63,892 nucleotides of DNA, filler included, from Octopus bimaculoides (GCF_001194135.2; 8 parts of 7 records of this genome joined end to end with filler, not necessarily neighbours in it); one strand, 5' to 3'; counted from the whole stretch's first letter, positions 13,066 through 26,218 are shown. A program made the numbers and translations. Notes: generated by a model from the sequence alone, not told the origin.

Positions 13066-13199
13066 TAGAAAAGCTCAAGGACCGAAGCAATAAATGTATC
13101 TATATCTGAGAGGGGGATATGTTGAATAAAATCATAATTAATTGATCGTCCGTCGTATATTATTTTTACACAAAGCAGTAACTCTTCAGCACACCCTCG

Positions 13200-13200
<1 letters not shown>
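13066..13200 (+). mobile_element. Mariner 3' terminal fragment with TIR
   Basis: aataaatgtatc...gggggatatgttgaataa resembles the KCI..GDYVE* C-terminus. It ends ...ctcttcagcacaccctcgTA (reverse complement tacgagggtgtgctgaagag, a mariner-type TIR) before (AT)n. Confidence 0.7.
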
Positions 13201-13254
<54 letters not shown>

Positions 13255-13597
13255 GCGTGTGTGTCTGTGTGCATGTATGTGTGTATGTGTCTGTGTCTCT
13301 GTGTATGTGTGTGTGCGTGCCTCTGTGTATATATATTTATAAATATATACATATATATATGTGTGTGCATTTGAGTCTGTATTTGTCCACACAACTCATA
13401 ACAACTGATATTGTTCTGGAACTTTTTGTTTTAATCCTACTTTAGTGAATTACATCAGTCAATTATGATCTGATTGATAACATCATTTTGTGATATTTGT
13501 GATATCTTGTACTTTGCATATATTAATTCAAATATATACAACCTGGAATCCTTATCAGTGTGACCGATGGAGTACCAGTCATACATACATACATACA

Positions 13598-13630
<33 letters not shown>

Positions 13631-13789
13631 GTATGTGTATTTTTGTGTGTATGTATATATATATATATATATATGCGTGTGTGTATATATATCATATATA
13701 AATATATATCTATATATGTATGTGTATATATATGTGTGTGTATATATTATCTATATATGTATGTGTATATATATATGTGTGTATATATG

Positions 13790-16080
13790 ATGATTGCTTC
13801 ATCTTGATAGATTATAGCCGTCTCATCAACACGTACACGACATCCCATCACACAGCACAATCCCTCCGTTGATGAGCGCTCAGATGACTTTTAAGACCAA
13901 CTGCACACTGACAGGGTTTAAAACACAAGTGACAAATATTCAAGTTTCTTTTCTTCAACATCTTTGCCGTCTGGAATCGAATTCTGGAGGAATGCTTTTC
14001 TGAACTAGCATGTCTTTGAAGTCCAGATATTGTCTTAGAAGCTTTGTGACATATGACACAAGTCGTAAGAGGTGGTTGGTGTCCAAGATTATTACCTACC
14101 TGGGCATTACGATCTTCACGTGACTTTATATGCTTCACGTATCCTGCTTTTGACAACAGAACACGATCACACATAATGCATATCCAATGTTGACTGTTGA
14201 TTTCAGTTCTTTGCGACAGGTCCATTTCAGCTCAGAGTGCTGAATCATATTTTCCTTCCGCTACAACAAGTCCTAACAGCATCTCTCATCAATTTCTCAA
14301 TCATATCTAGTTTCTTCAAGTTTCCCTTCATGCAGTCTTTATACCTTTTCTGCGGCTTATGCTGTGGTCGCTTATCAGAGTTGAACTTATAAAAAAAACC
14401 CTTTGGCAATTGCCCATCTTTCATTCTAATAACATGTCCAGGACCATCTCATTTGAGCCACGATAACATGTTGTTCAACTGAGCTACAATTTTCCACTCG
14501 CAAAACTTCTGTATCTGGTACGAAACATTCCCACTTGGCTCCCAAAATGCGTCTGAGTATGAAATCTCTCCTACATTTTCATACGACACCTGTAAGTGGT
14601 CCACGTCTCACTCGAATAAAGAAGTGCAGTAAATACACACGTTTTTTATAGACACTGAGTTTTGTCTGCAGGGAAATATCTCTATCCGCCCATATTCGCT
14701 TTTTGAGCTTTCCAAATGCAGCACTTCCCTTCCCTAGTCGATAGTATATCTCTACATCATGACAACTATCTCTTGACAGTGTGTTTCCAAGGCAAACAAA
14801 AGTGTCAATGACTTCTAACTTTGTTCCATTCACAAAAATGTTTGGTTCAGAATGTTTGTCCCGGCGTGGGAGTAAACATTGCTCTAGTTTTCCGAAGATT
14901 AATTGTGAGGCCGGAATGTACACATGCAGTGGAAAATCTGTCCATTATATGTTACATATCCCTCTCTAAGTGTGCCAAGAAATCAGCGTCATCGGTGTAA
15001 TGTAATTCTTTCAGAAGTGTTTTGAAAGCCTTTCCTTTGCAGTTAAACCGGGTCAGATGTCTGGAATCTGATTCCGATTACTCGGTTGGAATACTCGAAA
15101 GTATACCAAAGCAATGCAACAAAATAAATAGAGAAAAAGTGTAGGGGCAGGACTATCTCCCTGTTTGACACCACTGTCTACCGAAAATTCATGAGATAGC
15201 TCACCATTAAAAAGAATACTTGAGCTTTCATGTTTCTGTGTAGTTCCTTGAAGATTCTCACAAAATATGTTGGGCAACCAAGTTTACACAAAGCAATCCG
15301 CAGTGCCTCTCTGTTTACCATGTCAAATGCTTTAGTCAAATCTATAAAGACCTGGTATAGTGGCATTTGTTCCACTAAGCATTTCTCCTAAACCTGCCTC
15401 GCAGAAAATATGTCCATTGTTCCTCGCTCAGGTCTGAAACCACATTGTTCTTCGGGAATCACATGTGGACACACATTTTCAAGCACCATAGTCACTATCA
15501 ACACGTGCCTTAAAGTCAACAAACACAACCAACTTCTCATTCAAAAGGACAACAGAACACTTCTAAGTTCGTCATAAAATGCTTGGATATTTTCCTCGCT
15601 ATCTGAAAGTGTAGGAGCATAAACAGAGAAATTGGTTACAAAGCGTCCATAAGGAAGGGGCATCCAGAATTTCATTATGCATTTGTTTATGCTTTGTGGT
15701 TGTTCTAAGTCTTTTGGCAAATCACTTCTGATTGCAAATCCAACACTGCCTTCCCTTTTCTCTCCTTTCAGCTTCTCAACCCAGAATAATGTAAAACCTG
15801 CTGCCCTTTCGACAAGATAGTCTTCATCAGAACATCTTGTTTCAAAAAGCGCTGCAATATCAACACTAAGAAGCCTTAGCTCCTTAGTTACAAGAGCCGT
15901 TCTTTTTTCAGGACTATCTGTTCGATGTAAAAATGTTCTCTCATTCCAACAGGCTAGGTTAAGAGAAAACTTACTCCATGCATAGTTGTTATCATCGTTT
16001 ATATCAATTCTTTGATCATTCCTGCTAAATTGAACCACCGTCAGCCGCAGTAAACTAACCAGCAGAGAAAGGACAGACAA
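13790..16080 (-). mobile_element. RTE-clade LINE, degraded and internally deleted (EN + RT + C-terminal zinc fingers)
   Basis: APE domain LNLACWNERT..ELRLLSVDIAALFETR..GFTLFW..SVGFAI..SVYAPT (15541-16080); RT EEQCGFR, FIDLTKAFDMVNRE, GVKQGDSPAPTLF; later LGNTLSRD..RLGKGSAAFGKL; C2H2-like fingers at 13848-14225. Confidence 0.93.
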
Positions 16081-17608
16081 TTTTTAGAGCACCTTTCCTA
16101 GCACCTTCCCATTAGATCCATGTAAACAGTGTTCTCTTTAAAATGGCTGCTCAGATACAGGATTCTCCACCGAAAACAGTTCATGTCCATGAAAATGTTA
16201 GCGATGTTAAGATAAGAACCCTGCCACCTTATGTGCATATTTGTAACCGTATGCTTCCAACCGGTCAAGTCTGCATACGTCACCACGCCTCTATCACTAT
16301 TGGACTTTTTAAAAGTGATGATTGTACGATGATGGTGTTTTGTCGCGGACATCTGTACTTCATTGGATTTCAGTGACAAACGCTTGAACAACACTTGTGC
16401 CACTCTCTGGGTCAAAATATTAGATTCCAGTGACAAGCAAAGCAAGGTGACTAGTACTAAGTTGACTGCAGATTTTATATTGGAATACATTCATTTAGGC
16501 TTTTTTTTTCAAAAGGAGACTGCAAGACAGCAATCGTAAGTCAATTTGAATTTAGAGTTTTATCTCCTATATTGGTTCTCTTAATAATGGCATCCTTTCA
16601 AAATAGGGGCCCAATCCTACTCCCATCAAATAGTTATGGCTTTGATAGTGCAGTCAATTAATGGGACCATCATTACCATGACCTGGTTTTAAGTTAGAGT
16701 GTCCTCCTAGAAGAGTTGCATTCACCACGGCTAATGAACCCCATTTTCTACCCGCCTCCCACACAGAAACTTATACGTATGTACACATACAACGAATAAA
16801 GATGTAAAATAAAAAAAAATTTACAATTAAAAATTTGTTTAAATTAGAAAAATTAAATCAAAAATATAAATTAAAAATATATATATATAAAGAAAGATAT
16901 GTAAATACATATACATATACGTACATATACATATGTACACATAATGTTGGATGACCGTTGATTACTCATGTGCTCTTCCGCCATGTGACATATCTTATCT
17001 TTCGTCCTGCAAGGTGTCCACCAATCACCCAACTCACCAAGTAAGATTGGTGAATTTGCTAGTTTAGTCGCCGACGACCCGACCACGCAGTAGGTTGTAC
17101 TGGGTTATANNNNNNNNNNNNNNNNNNNNNNNNNNNNNNNNNNNNNNNNNNNNNNNNNNNNNNNNNNNNNNNNNNNNNNNNNNNNNNNNNNNNNNNNNNN
17201 NNNNNNNNNNNNNNNNNNNNNNNNNNNNNNNNNNNNNNNNNNNNNNNNNNNNNNNNNNNNNNNNNNNNNNNNNNNNNNNNNNNNNNNNNNNNNNNNNNNN
17301 NNNNNNNNNNNNNNNNNNNNNNNNNNNNNNNNNNNNNNNNNNNNNNNNNNNNNNNNNNNNNNNNNNNNNNNNNNNNNNNNNNNNNNNNNNNNNNNNNNNN
17401 NNNNNNNNNNNNNNNNNNNNNNNNNNNNNNNNNNNNNNNNNNNNNNNNNNNNNNNNNNNNNNNNNNNNNNNNNNNNNNNNNNNNNNNNNNNNNNNNNNNN
17501 NNNNNNNNNNNNNNNNNNNNNNNNNNNNNNNNNNNNNNNNNNNNNNNNNNNNNNNNNNNNNNNNNNNNNNNNNNNNNNNNNNNNNNNNNNNNNNNNNNNN
17601 NNNNNNNN

Positions 17609-17646
<38 letters not shown>

Positions 17647-17915
17647 CGTGAGGGGCTTAGTTCACTGGTGATCTAAACGAATAGGTACGCTATGTAAAAG
17701 GTATGTGGTTACAGAACTCCTCAGTATGCTTTTATACAACGCAGCGGTGACAAATCTTTATTGCAATATTCAAATGAATATTTACAGAACAATGTTGCGT
17801 CTGATCAACATCGTCAGAATAGGATTTCTTTTCCACGTTGTCTATCATTTTTGTCTCTCTTTCCGCCTTTCTCTTTTTTTTGTCTCACTTTTTGCCTATC
17901 TTATTCCCTTTCTAT

Positions 17916-18075
17916 CATCCTCCCTCTCTTTGACTCATCCTCCCTCTCTTTGACTCATCCTCCATCTCTTTGACTCATCCTCCCTCTCTTTGACTCATCC
18001 TCCCTCTCTTTGACTCATCTTCCCTCTCTTTGATTCATCCTCCCTCTCTTTGACTCATCCTCCCTCTCTTTGACT
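17916..18075. repeat. 20-bp minisatellite (catcctccctctctttgact) x8
   Basis: Eight units with three single-base variants, plus a partial ninth unit. Confidence 0.95.
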
Positions 18076-18465
18076 CATCCTCTCTTTCCTTCTTTGATGC
18101 CCTCTATGTGAATTGGATCATGACTCTTTCTTTTCCTTTCTACTTCATTGTTTCTCTATCACTTTCGTCTATGTCACACACACAATGTCCCATTCTCATA
18201 CATGTTCACACACATGCACCCCCCCACATAAATATATGCACATGGACAAATAAGGTCATACGCATATACACAGTGCCATCCACACCATATAAGGGCATAC
18301 ACATATACGTAGTGTCACACACACTCCTCACGATATTGTCTCTTCTATATATAGTGCATCCGTCAACCTCCAGCCCAGTGTACTCATATGTACTTGCTGT
18401 GATAGTTGAAGCAGTTTATACAGGACTGGTAGACGTGAGTTAGTGTGATACGAAAAGCAAGGTAT

Positions 18466-18551
<86 letters not shown>

Positions 18552-18595
18552 NNNNNNNNNNNNNNNNNNNNNNNNNNNNNNNNNNNNNNNNNNNN

Positions 18596-18607
18596 TTAAT
18601 TAATTAA
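18596..18607. other. Artificial scaffold linker
   Basis: 44N-TTAATTAATTAA-44N. Confidence 0.95.
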
Positions 18608-18683
18608 NNNNNNNNNNNNNNNNNNNNNNNNNNNNNNNNNNNNNNNNNNNNTATATATATATATATATATATATCCATCTATC

Positions 18684-18730
<47 letters not shown>

Positions 18731-18807
18731 TTCTCTCTATAAAGGTTAGATAGATATATATAGAGTGTGTGAATGCACGAGCGAGTGAATTTCTCACAAC
18801 TGTAGTC

Positions 18808-18843
<36 letters not shown>

Positions 18844-18959
18844 GTGTGTGTTTCTGTGAGTATATACATGTTTCATCTCTGCATGAATATCTATATTGGC
18901 TCCAGCCGGCTATAACTAGCTAACAGCAGACTAAGACAACAACAACATCATCAACAACA

Positions 18960-18992
<33 letters not shown>

Positions 18993-20188
18993 GTAAACGC
19001 ATATAGCTGTGGCGGTCGTAGATACCGATAGTAACAGCAACAACAACAATAACAACAACAGAAGCAAGCAGTAGTAAATACAACGGCAGCAGTAGCAGCG
19101 GTAGCAGCGGTAGCAGCAGTAGCAGCAGTAATAACAGGCAAAGAACAACTAAAACAAAGACCAATATAACACTGAGAACGGCAGCACCTGTCTTCACCAA
19201 ATAAATAAATAAATAAATAAATAAGCACAAAAATAACAACAGCAACATCACCATCATTAACAAGAACAAAATCGCAACAGTATATAAATTATACTAAATA
19301 TATTCATATATACACCCACACAGGTATAAACATTGATACATAATGAAAAGCGCGTCATAAACATATATATATACGCACGTATATAAGTGTATATATATAA
19401 ATAAATATATATATATACNNNNNNNNNNNNNNNNNNNNNNNNNNNNNNNNNNNNNNNNNNNNNNNNNNNNNNNNNNNNNNNNNNNNNNNNNNNNNNNNNN
19501 NNNNNNNNNNNNNNNNNNNNNNNNNNNNNNNNNNNNNNNNNNNNNNNNNNNNNNNNNNNNNNNNNNNNNNNNNNNNNNNNNNNNNNNNNNNNNNNNNNNN
19601 NNNNNNNNNNNNNNNNNNNNNNNNNNNNNNNNNNNNNNNNNNNNNNNNNNNNNNNNNNNNNNNNNNNNNNNNNNNNNNNNNNNNNNNNNNNNNNNNNNNN
19701 NNNNNNNNNNNNNNNNNNNNNNNNNNNNNNNNNNNNNNNNNNNNNNNNNNNNNNNNNNNNNNNNNNNNNNNNNNNNNNNNNNNNNNNNNNNNNNNNNNNN
19801 NNNNNNNNNNNNNNNNNNNNNNNNNNNNNNNNNNNNNNNNNNNNNNNNNNNNNNNNNNNNNNNNNNNNNNNNNNNNNNNNNNNNNNNNNNNNNNNNNNNN
19901 NNNNNNNNNNNNNNNNNNNNNNNNNNNNNNNNNNNNNNNNNNNNNNNNNNNNNNNNNNNNNNNNNNNNNNNNNNNNNNNNNNNNNNNNNNNNNNNNNNNN
20001 NNNNNNNNNNNNNNNNNNNNNNNNNNNNNNNNNNNNNNNNNNNNNNNNNNNNNNNNNNNNNNNNNNNNNNNNNNNNNNNNNNNNNNNNNNNNNNNNNNNN
20101 NNNNNNNNNNNNNNNNNNNNNNNNNNNNNNNNNNNNNNNNNNNNNNNNNNNNNNNNNNNNNNNNNNNNNNNNNNNNNNNNNNNNNNGA

Positions 20189-20394
20189 GGAGGAGGAGGA
20201 GGAGGAGGAGGAGGTAAAGCAGGAGTAGGAATAAGACTTGGAAGTAGCAGTGACTGTGATAGTTGTGGGGATGGTGGAAGTGGTGGGAGCAGTGGTGGTG
20301 ATTGTGTTGGCAGTATTGGTTGTGGCGGTTGCATCAGCGAAGGCCATGGTCATGGCGACAATAACAACGAGGACGGCGTTGGTAGCAGCAGTAG

Positions 20395-20430
<36 letters not shown>

Positions 20431-21415
20431 AGTGGACACAAGTTCAAGTCTAATGACGGTGACGGACTGCAAAGATGGCTGCTCGAAACATCACTCAACA
20501 CCATCGTTCCAGATAAAGAAAGTGCTCAAGATCGGAGACAATGACAAACAAATTAGTGAGAAGTCGTCAGATAATTGTACGATATGTGGTAATGATTTTT
20601 TCGAAAGAGCCTCCATTATGATGCTTTCGAAAAGTAATGTCGAGAATAAAGAGTACGAATGCGAACTCTGTGGTAAAAGTTATCCTCTGTTCTCCTCCTT
20701 AAGTCAACATGTCGAGACGCACATCGGCGAAAAACTGCATCGCTGCGAGGTGTGCGGCAAGGATTTCTTTAAGAGCTGTGGACTTGAAGCTCATATGAAA
20801 ACACACACCGGTGAAAGACCGTTTCACTGCGATATATGCAGCCTCGACTTTGCTTGCGTATTTACATTGGAAATGCACACTAAGACACAGCACACCGACG
20901 AGAAACCTTTCCACTGCGAGCTGTGCGGTAAGGACTTTGTACTGCGCACCAATTTGAAAATGCACATTAAAATGCATATGGGGGAAAAGCTGTGCAACTG
21001 TAAAGTGTGCAAGAAAAACTTCCTGATAAATTCTCTCTTGGAAAATCATCTTCAAAACCAGAAACAACAACAAAAGGAAAGACCATTTTACTACGAACTT
21101 CGAGGTAAGGATTTTACCATTCGCATGCATTTTGTATTGAAAATGAGTGGAAGCAAAAACTGCGGCGGTGATAAGCTGCAGATGAACCACGACAAATGCA
21201 AAATAGAAATACCATATAAGGTCACGTTACAAATACAAATTCAAAACCCGAACGGGGAGAAAGCGTTCCACAGTAGCGTCTGTGGCAAAGATCCTACAAT
21301 TGATACCCAATTAAGGGAACACACGCCTAAAAAGAGCCTTCATTTTGTCAAGTGCATCAGGAAGGTCTTGCGCCAGATTCCTTTTCATCACAATACACCC
21401 CAAGAGAAAAAATAA
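20189..21415 (+). CDS. C2H2 zinc-finger protein exon, 5' end hidden in gap
   Basis: The frame of ORF 20432-21415 stays open back to the gap edge (408 codons). It holds four canonical CX2CX12HX3-4H fingers with TGERPF/TDEKPF/IGEKLH/MGEKL linkers, plus degenerate fingers on both sides. Confidence 0.85.
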
Positions 21416-21459
21416 GACTGTTTGATATATATATCTATATATAAATCTAAATCTATATA

Positions 21460-21494
<35 letters not shown>

Positions 21495-22899
21495 GATGAT
21501 GATGATGAAGTTTTTTCCAATTTTCTGTACTTATTGGTGGTAAGGTGACACAATTTGCATATTATTGTCGAAATTGTTATTTTGTTACGTTTTGCTTTAT
21601 TTACGTATAAGTAATGCAAAGATGGCTGCTATATATAAACAGTTTTCTTTTTTAAATTTCCCCCATANNNNNNNNNNNNNNNNNNNNNNNNNNNNNNNNN
21701 NNNNNNNNNNNNNNNNNNNNNNNNNNNNNNNNNNNNNNNNNNNNNNNNNNNNNNNNNNNNNNNNNNNNNNNNNNNNNNNNNNNNNNNNNNNNNNNNNNNN
21801 NNNNNNNNNNNNNNNNNNNNNNNNNNNNNNNNNNNNNNNNNNNNNNNNNNNNNNNNNNNNNNNATATATATATGTATGTATGTATGTATGTATGCATGTA
21901 TGTATACATGTATGTATGTAGATATGTGTGTATGAGAGTGATGTGTGCATCCAGATGTGTATGTGTGAGTGTGTGTACGTGTTTGTAAGCGTGAGGAATG
22001 TCTATACTTCCTGCCATAATCCATATAGTCACTTACGACTGGTCTTCCACCTGCATTGCTCAAGATTTTACATCAACATATGAAATCGTGTTTTCCATGC
22101 ATATCTAAATCGAATTTAGTCTTTTCATAGAATAATATTGAGACAATACCTCGTAAGTTTGACTTGTTTGTTTGTTATTTTTTTTTTTTTTCTGAAGCGA
22201 GTCACATGACTAACAATGTCGCTATTTACTTGTAACTTGTTACTAGATATTGCTGGATGGTGGGAGTAATCAAAGATTTACAATATATTTATGGAGTGGG
22301 GCAAGAATGCATGCGTGGTTAAAGAGTTCGCTTTGCTAGCACCTGGTTCGTCGCTTCGATCACACCAGAGGGCACTTTGGACTAATGTCTTGTCAGTGAA
22401 ATTAGGAAAATTAAGGAAATACAGAAACCTGTAGTATGTATGTATGTATGTATGTATGTATGTATCTGTATGTATGTGTGTATCTGTATGTATGTATGCA
22501 TGTAAGTATGTATGTATTTTTGTGTGCACGTATGTAGTATGTATGTTTGTGAGTATGTATGTACGTACGTACATACGTATGTATGTATGAATGTATGTGT
22601 GTATGTATGTGTATATGCATGTATGTTTGTATGCATGTATTTATATGTGTGTACATCTGTGTGTGTTTGTGTCTGTGTAGGTGAGCTTTTTGTGATAACT
22701 GTCTAAATATTTCAACTTTATGTCAATAGAGGGACATGACTCAATTCGGTGAACTTAGCCATTCTATAAATAAAGATCAATTAAAGTCAGTATCAATCTT
22801 GGAATCGATATGATTGACCGACTGACTGATGGACTAAAAGCTTTTAAGGTGATGCTCTGGAATGGTTAACGCCTCGAGAGTGGACTCATTAAAAAGAAT

Positions 22900-23186
22900 G
22901 CTGTTTGTTCCTTCTCGAGCCATGCTTCGCTCATATGGGCCAGTTTCATTGGCCACCTGGACGAGACGCCGGTCCATCGCAGGTGAGCTGCTAGATGCAG
23001 GAGGAAAAAGTGAGAGAAAGTTGTGGCGAAAGAGTCAGCAGAAGTTCGCCATTACCTTCTGCCGGAGCGGCATAGAACTTAGGTGTTTCGCTCATAAACA
23101 CACAAGATCGGCCGGTCTGAGATTCGAACCCACGATCCCTCGACGGCGAGTCCACTGCTCTAACCATTAGGCCATGTAACTCCACC
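22900..23186 (-). mobile_element. tRNA-head SINE family B (body B1, tail iii)
   Basis: The minus strand has an A-box-like tggcctaatggttagag and a B-box gggttcgaatctc. The body resembles 46386-46640. Confidence 0.8.
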
Positions 23187-25994
23187 ATTAAAAGAGTATA
23201 ATTGTAAATTCGATAAAACCTCACCCAGCCTCGCTGTTAGTCATGTGACTTGCTAATAGGATTAGCACTCCAATATTATTCTACAAAAAGACTAAATATA
23301 TTTCAAGGATGGAAATATATCTTAAATGTTAAATGTTATAAATATCCTTTAAAAAACTATTTTATTTATATTNNNNNNNNNNNNNNNNNNNNNNNNNNNN
23401 NNNNNNNNNNNNNNNNNNNNNNNNNNNNNNNNNNNNNNNNNNNNNNNNNNNNNNNNNNNNNNNNNNNNNNNNNNNNNNNNNNNNNNNNNNNNNNNNNNNN
23501 NNNNNNNNNNNNNNNNNNNNNNNNNNNNNNNNNNNNNNNNNNNNNNNNNNNNNNNNNNNNNNNNNNNNNNNNNNNNNNNNNNNNNNNNNNNNNNNNNNNN
23601 NNNNNNNNNNNNNNNNNNNNNNNNNNNNNNNNNNNNNNNNNNNNNNNNNNNNNNNNNNNNNNNNNNNNNNNNNNNNNNNNNNNNNNNNNNNNNNNNNNNN
23701 NNNNNNNNNNNNNNNNNNNNNNNNNNNNNNNNNNNNNNNNNNNNNNNNNNNNNNNNNNNNNNNNNNNNNNNNNNNNNNNNNNNNNNNNNNNNNNNNNNNN
23801 NNNNNNNNNNNNNNNNNNNNNNNNNNNNNNNNNNNNNNNNNNNNNNNNNNNNNNNNNNNNNNNNNNNNNNNNNNNNNNNNNNNNNNNNNNNNNNNNNNNN
23901 NNNNNNNNNNNNNNNNNNNNNNNNNNNNNNNNNNNNNNNNNNNNNNNNNNNNNNNNNNNNNNNNNNNNNNNNNNNNNNNNNNNNNNNNNNNNNNNNNNNN
24001 NNNNNNNNNNNNNNNNNNNNNNNNNNNNNNNNNNNNNNNNNNNNNNNNNNTATAGAGAGAGAGGGAGAGATACATACATACATACATATATATGTATATT
24101 TGTATATTTACATATATTTAAACATACATATCTCTCTATCTCTCCCTCTGCGTCTTTCTATATCTATCTATAGCACACACACATACACTACACTAATACA
24201 CACACACACACTACACACACACACACACATGTATACTGAACTACGTAAGATGTAGATGGAAAGAATCGTATACAAAGAAACATAATATGAGTGAATGTGA
24301 AACCAAGCAAACGAATGAATGAATATACGAATAAACGAATACATAGAACCGAAGACGTAATATAATAATAATAATAATAATAATAATAACGATAACAATG
24401 ATAATAGAAAGTCTACATTAGTGTGTTACGATGATTTATTCGTCGGTCTGTGTATAAGTTTCGCGTGTGTGCAGGCAGACGTGTGACATAGAGGCTGAGG
24501 TAGTTAGTGGTGGGAGGGGAAAAGGGGATATTAACCAATCAAAAGAATCCATCGATCGTTTTATAATATTGGCCATGGTGACTTTAATGTAGTAACTATG
24601 TCGTCTGAAGATTCTGGAATTAAGAAAGAAGAAGAAAAAAAAACCCGAAACAAACTACGTTATAATAATAACAAGACCACCAAAACATCAACCATTTGAG
24701 AGGAAGAAAAATGCGTGGTCTGTCTGTGGCAAGTTGCATATTTGTAACATCGCTAACGTGTGTATCATCTGCGTTGTCTGTTTAGAGATATCTGAAGTGG
24801 GATAACTTATTTCGATAACAACATTGAGTTTATTTATTAGATATAACCAGAGAGGCCGCATACGTTCTTGGCGTATTACGCTTACTGTAGGAGTGTTGGG
24901 TTTTACTGTATTAAAGCGAATCGAAATGAAATGAGGTGAAACAGATTTGATCAGCAACGCATGGCTTATTGATTTATTGATAGTATCGGTTTATTGATTT
25001 GTTTTATCGATTTTATTGATTTTATTGATTTTATTGACTTACCTTATGTTTTGGGCATAAAAGAAGAATGATGATAGAATATCCAGGATCATAGTTGGAC
25101 ATTGGAATGTAAGATGACTTGGAGTACTTCTCTCTTTTATTTTCTTTTTGCTTTAGTCCTCGCCAATTCTGAATTCAAGTATACATATACACACGTATAT
25201 ATATANNNNNNNNNNNNNNNNNNNNNNNNNNNNNNNNNNNNNNNNNNNNNNNNNNNNNNNNNNNNNNNNNNNNNNNNNNNNNNNNNNNNNNNNNNNNNNN
25301 NNNNNNNNNNNNNNNNNNNNNNNNNNNNNNNNNNNNNNNNNNNNNNNNNNNNNNNNNNNNNNNNNNNNNNNNNNNNNNNNNNNNNNNNNNNNNNNNNNNN
25401 NNNNNNNNNNNNNNNNNNNNNNNNNNNNNNNNNNNNNNNNNNNNNNNNNNNNNNNNNNNNNNNNNNNNNNNNNNNNNNNNNNNNNNNNNNNNNNNNNNNN
25501 NNNNNNNNNNNNNNNNNNNNNNNNNNNNNNNNNNNNNNNNNNNNNNNNNNNNNNNNNNNNNNNNNNNNNNNNNNNNNNNNNNNNNNNNNNNNNNNNNNNN
25601 NNNNNNNNNNNNNNNNNNNNNNNNNNNNNNNNNNNNNNNNNNNNNNNNNNNNNNNNNNNNNNNNNNNNNNNNNNNNNNNNNNNNNNNNNNNNNNNNNNNN
25701 NNNNNNNNNNNNNNNNNNNNNNNNNNNNNNNNNNNNNNNNNNNNNNNNNNNNNNNNNNNNNNNNNNNNNNNNNNNNNNNNNNNNNNNNNNNNNNNNNNNN
25801 NNNNNNNNNNNNNNNNNNNNNNNNNNNNNNNNNNNNNNNNNNNNNNNNNNNNNNNNNNNNNNNNNNNNNNNNNNNNNNNNNNNNNNNNNNNNNNNNNNNN
25901 NNNNNNNNNNNNNNNNNNNNNNNNNNNNNNNNNNNNNNNNNNNNNNNNNNNNNNNNNNNNNNNNNNNNNNNNNNNNNNNNNNNNNNNNNNNNNN

Positions 25995-26218
25995 GCTGGC
26001 CCCTTTGAATTACAAGCACAACAGAAACAGGAAGTAAGAGTGAGAGAAAGTTGTGGTGAAAGAGTACAGCAGGGTTCGCCACCATCCCCTGCCGGAGCCT
26101 CGTGGAGCTTTAGGTGTTTTCACTCAATAAACACTCACAACGCCCGGTCTGGGAATCGAAACTGCGATCCTATGACCGCGAGTCCGCTGCCCTAACCATT
26201 GGGCTATTGCGCCTCCAC
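25995..26218 (-). mobile_element. SINE family B (body B1)
   Basis: Reverse complement of 46386-46610 with few changes. Confidence 0.9.

Noticed and set aside
16098-16490. 130-aa minus-strand ORF upstream of the RTE endonuclease
   Set aside because: No recognisable motif. RTE elements normally lack a separate ORF1, so it is probably 5' UTR or chance.
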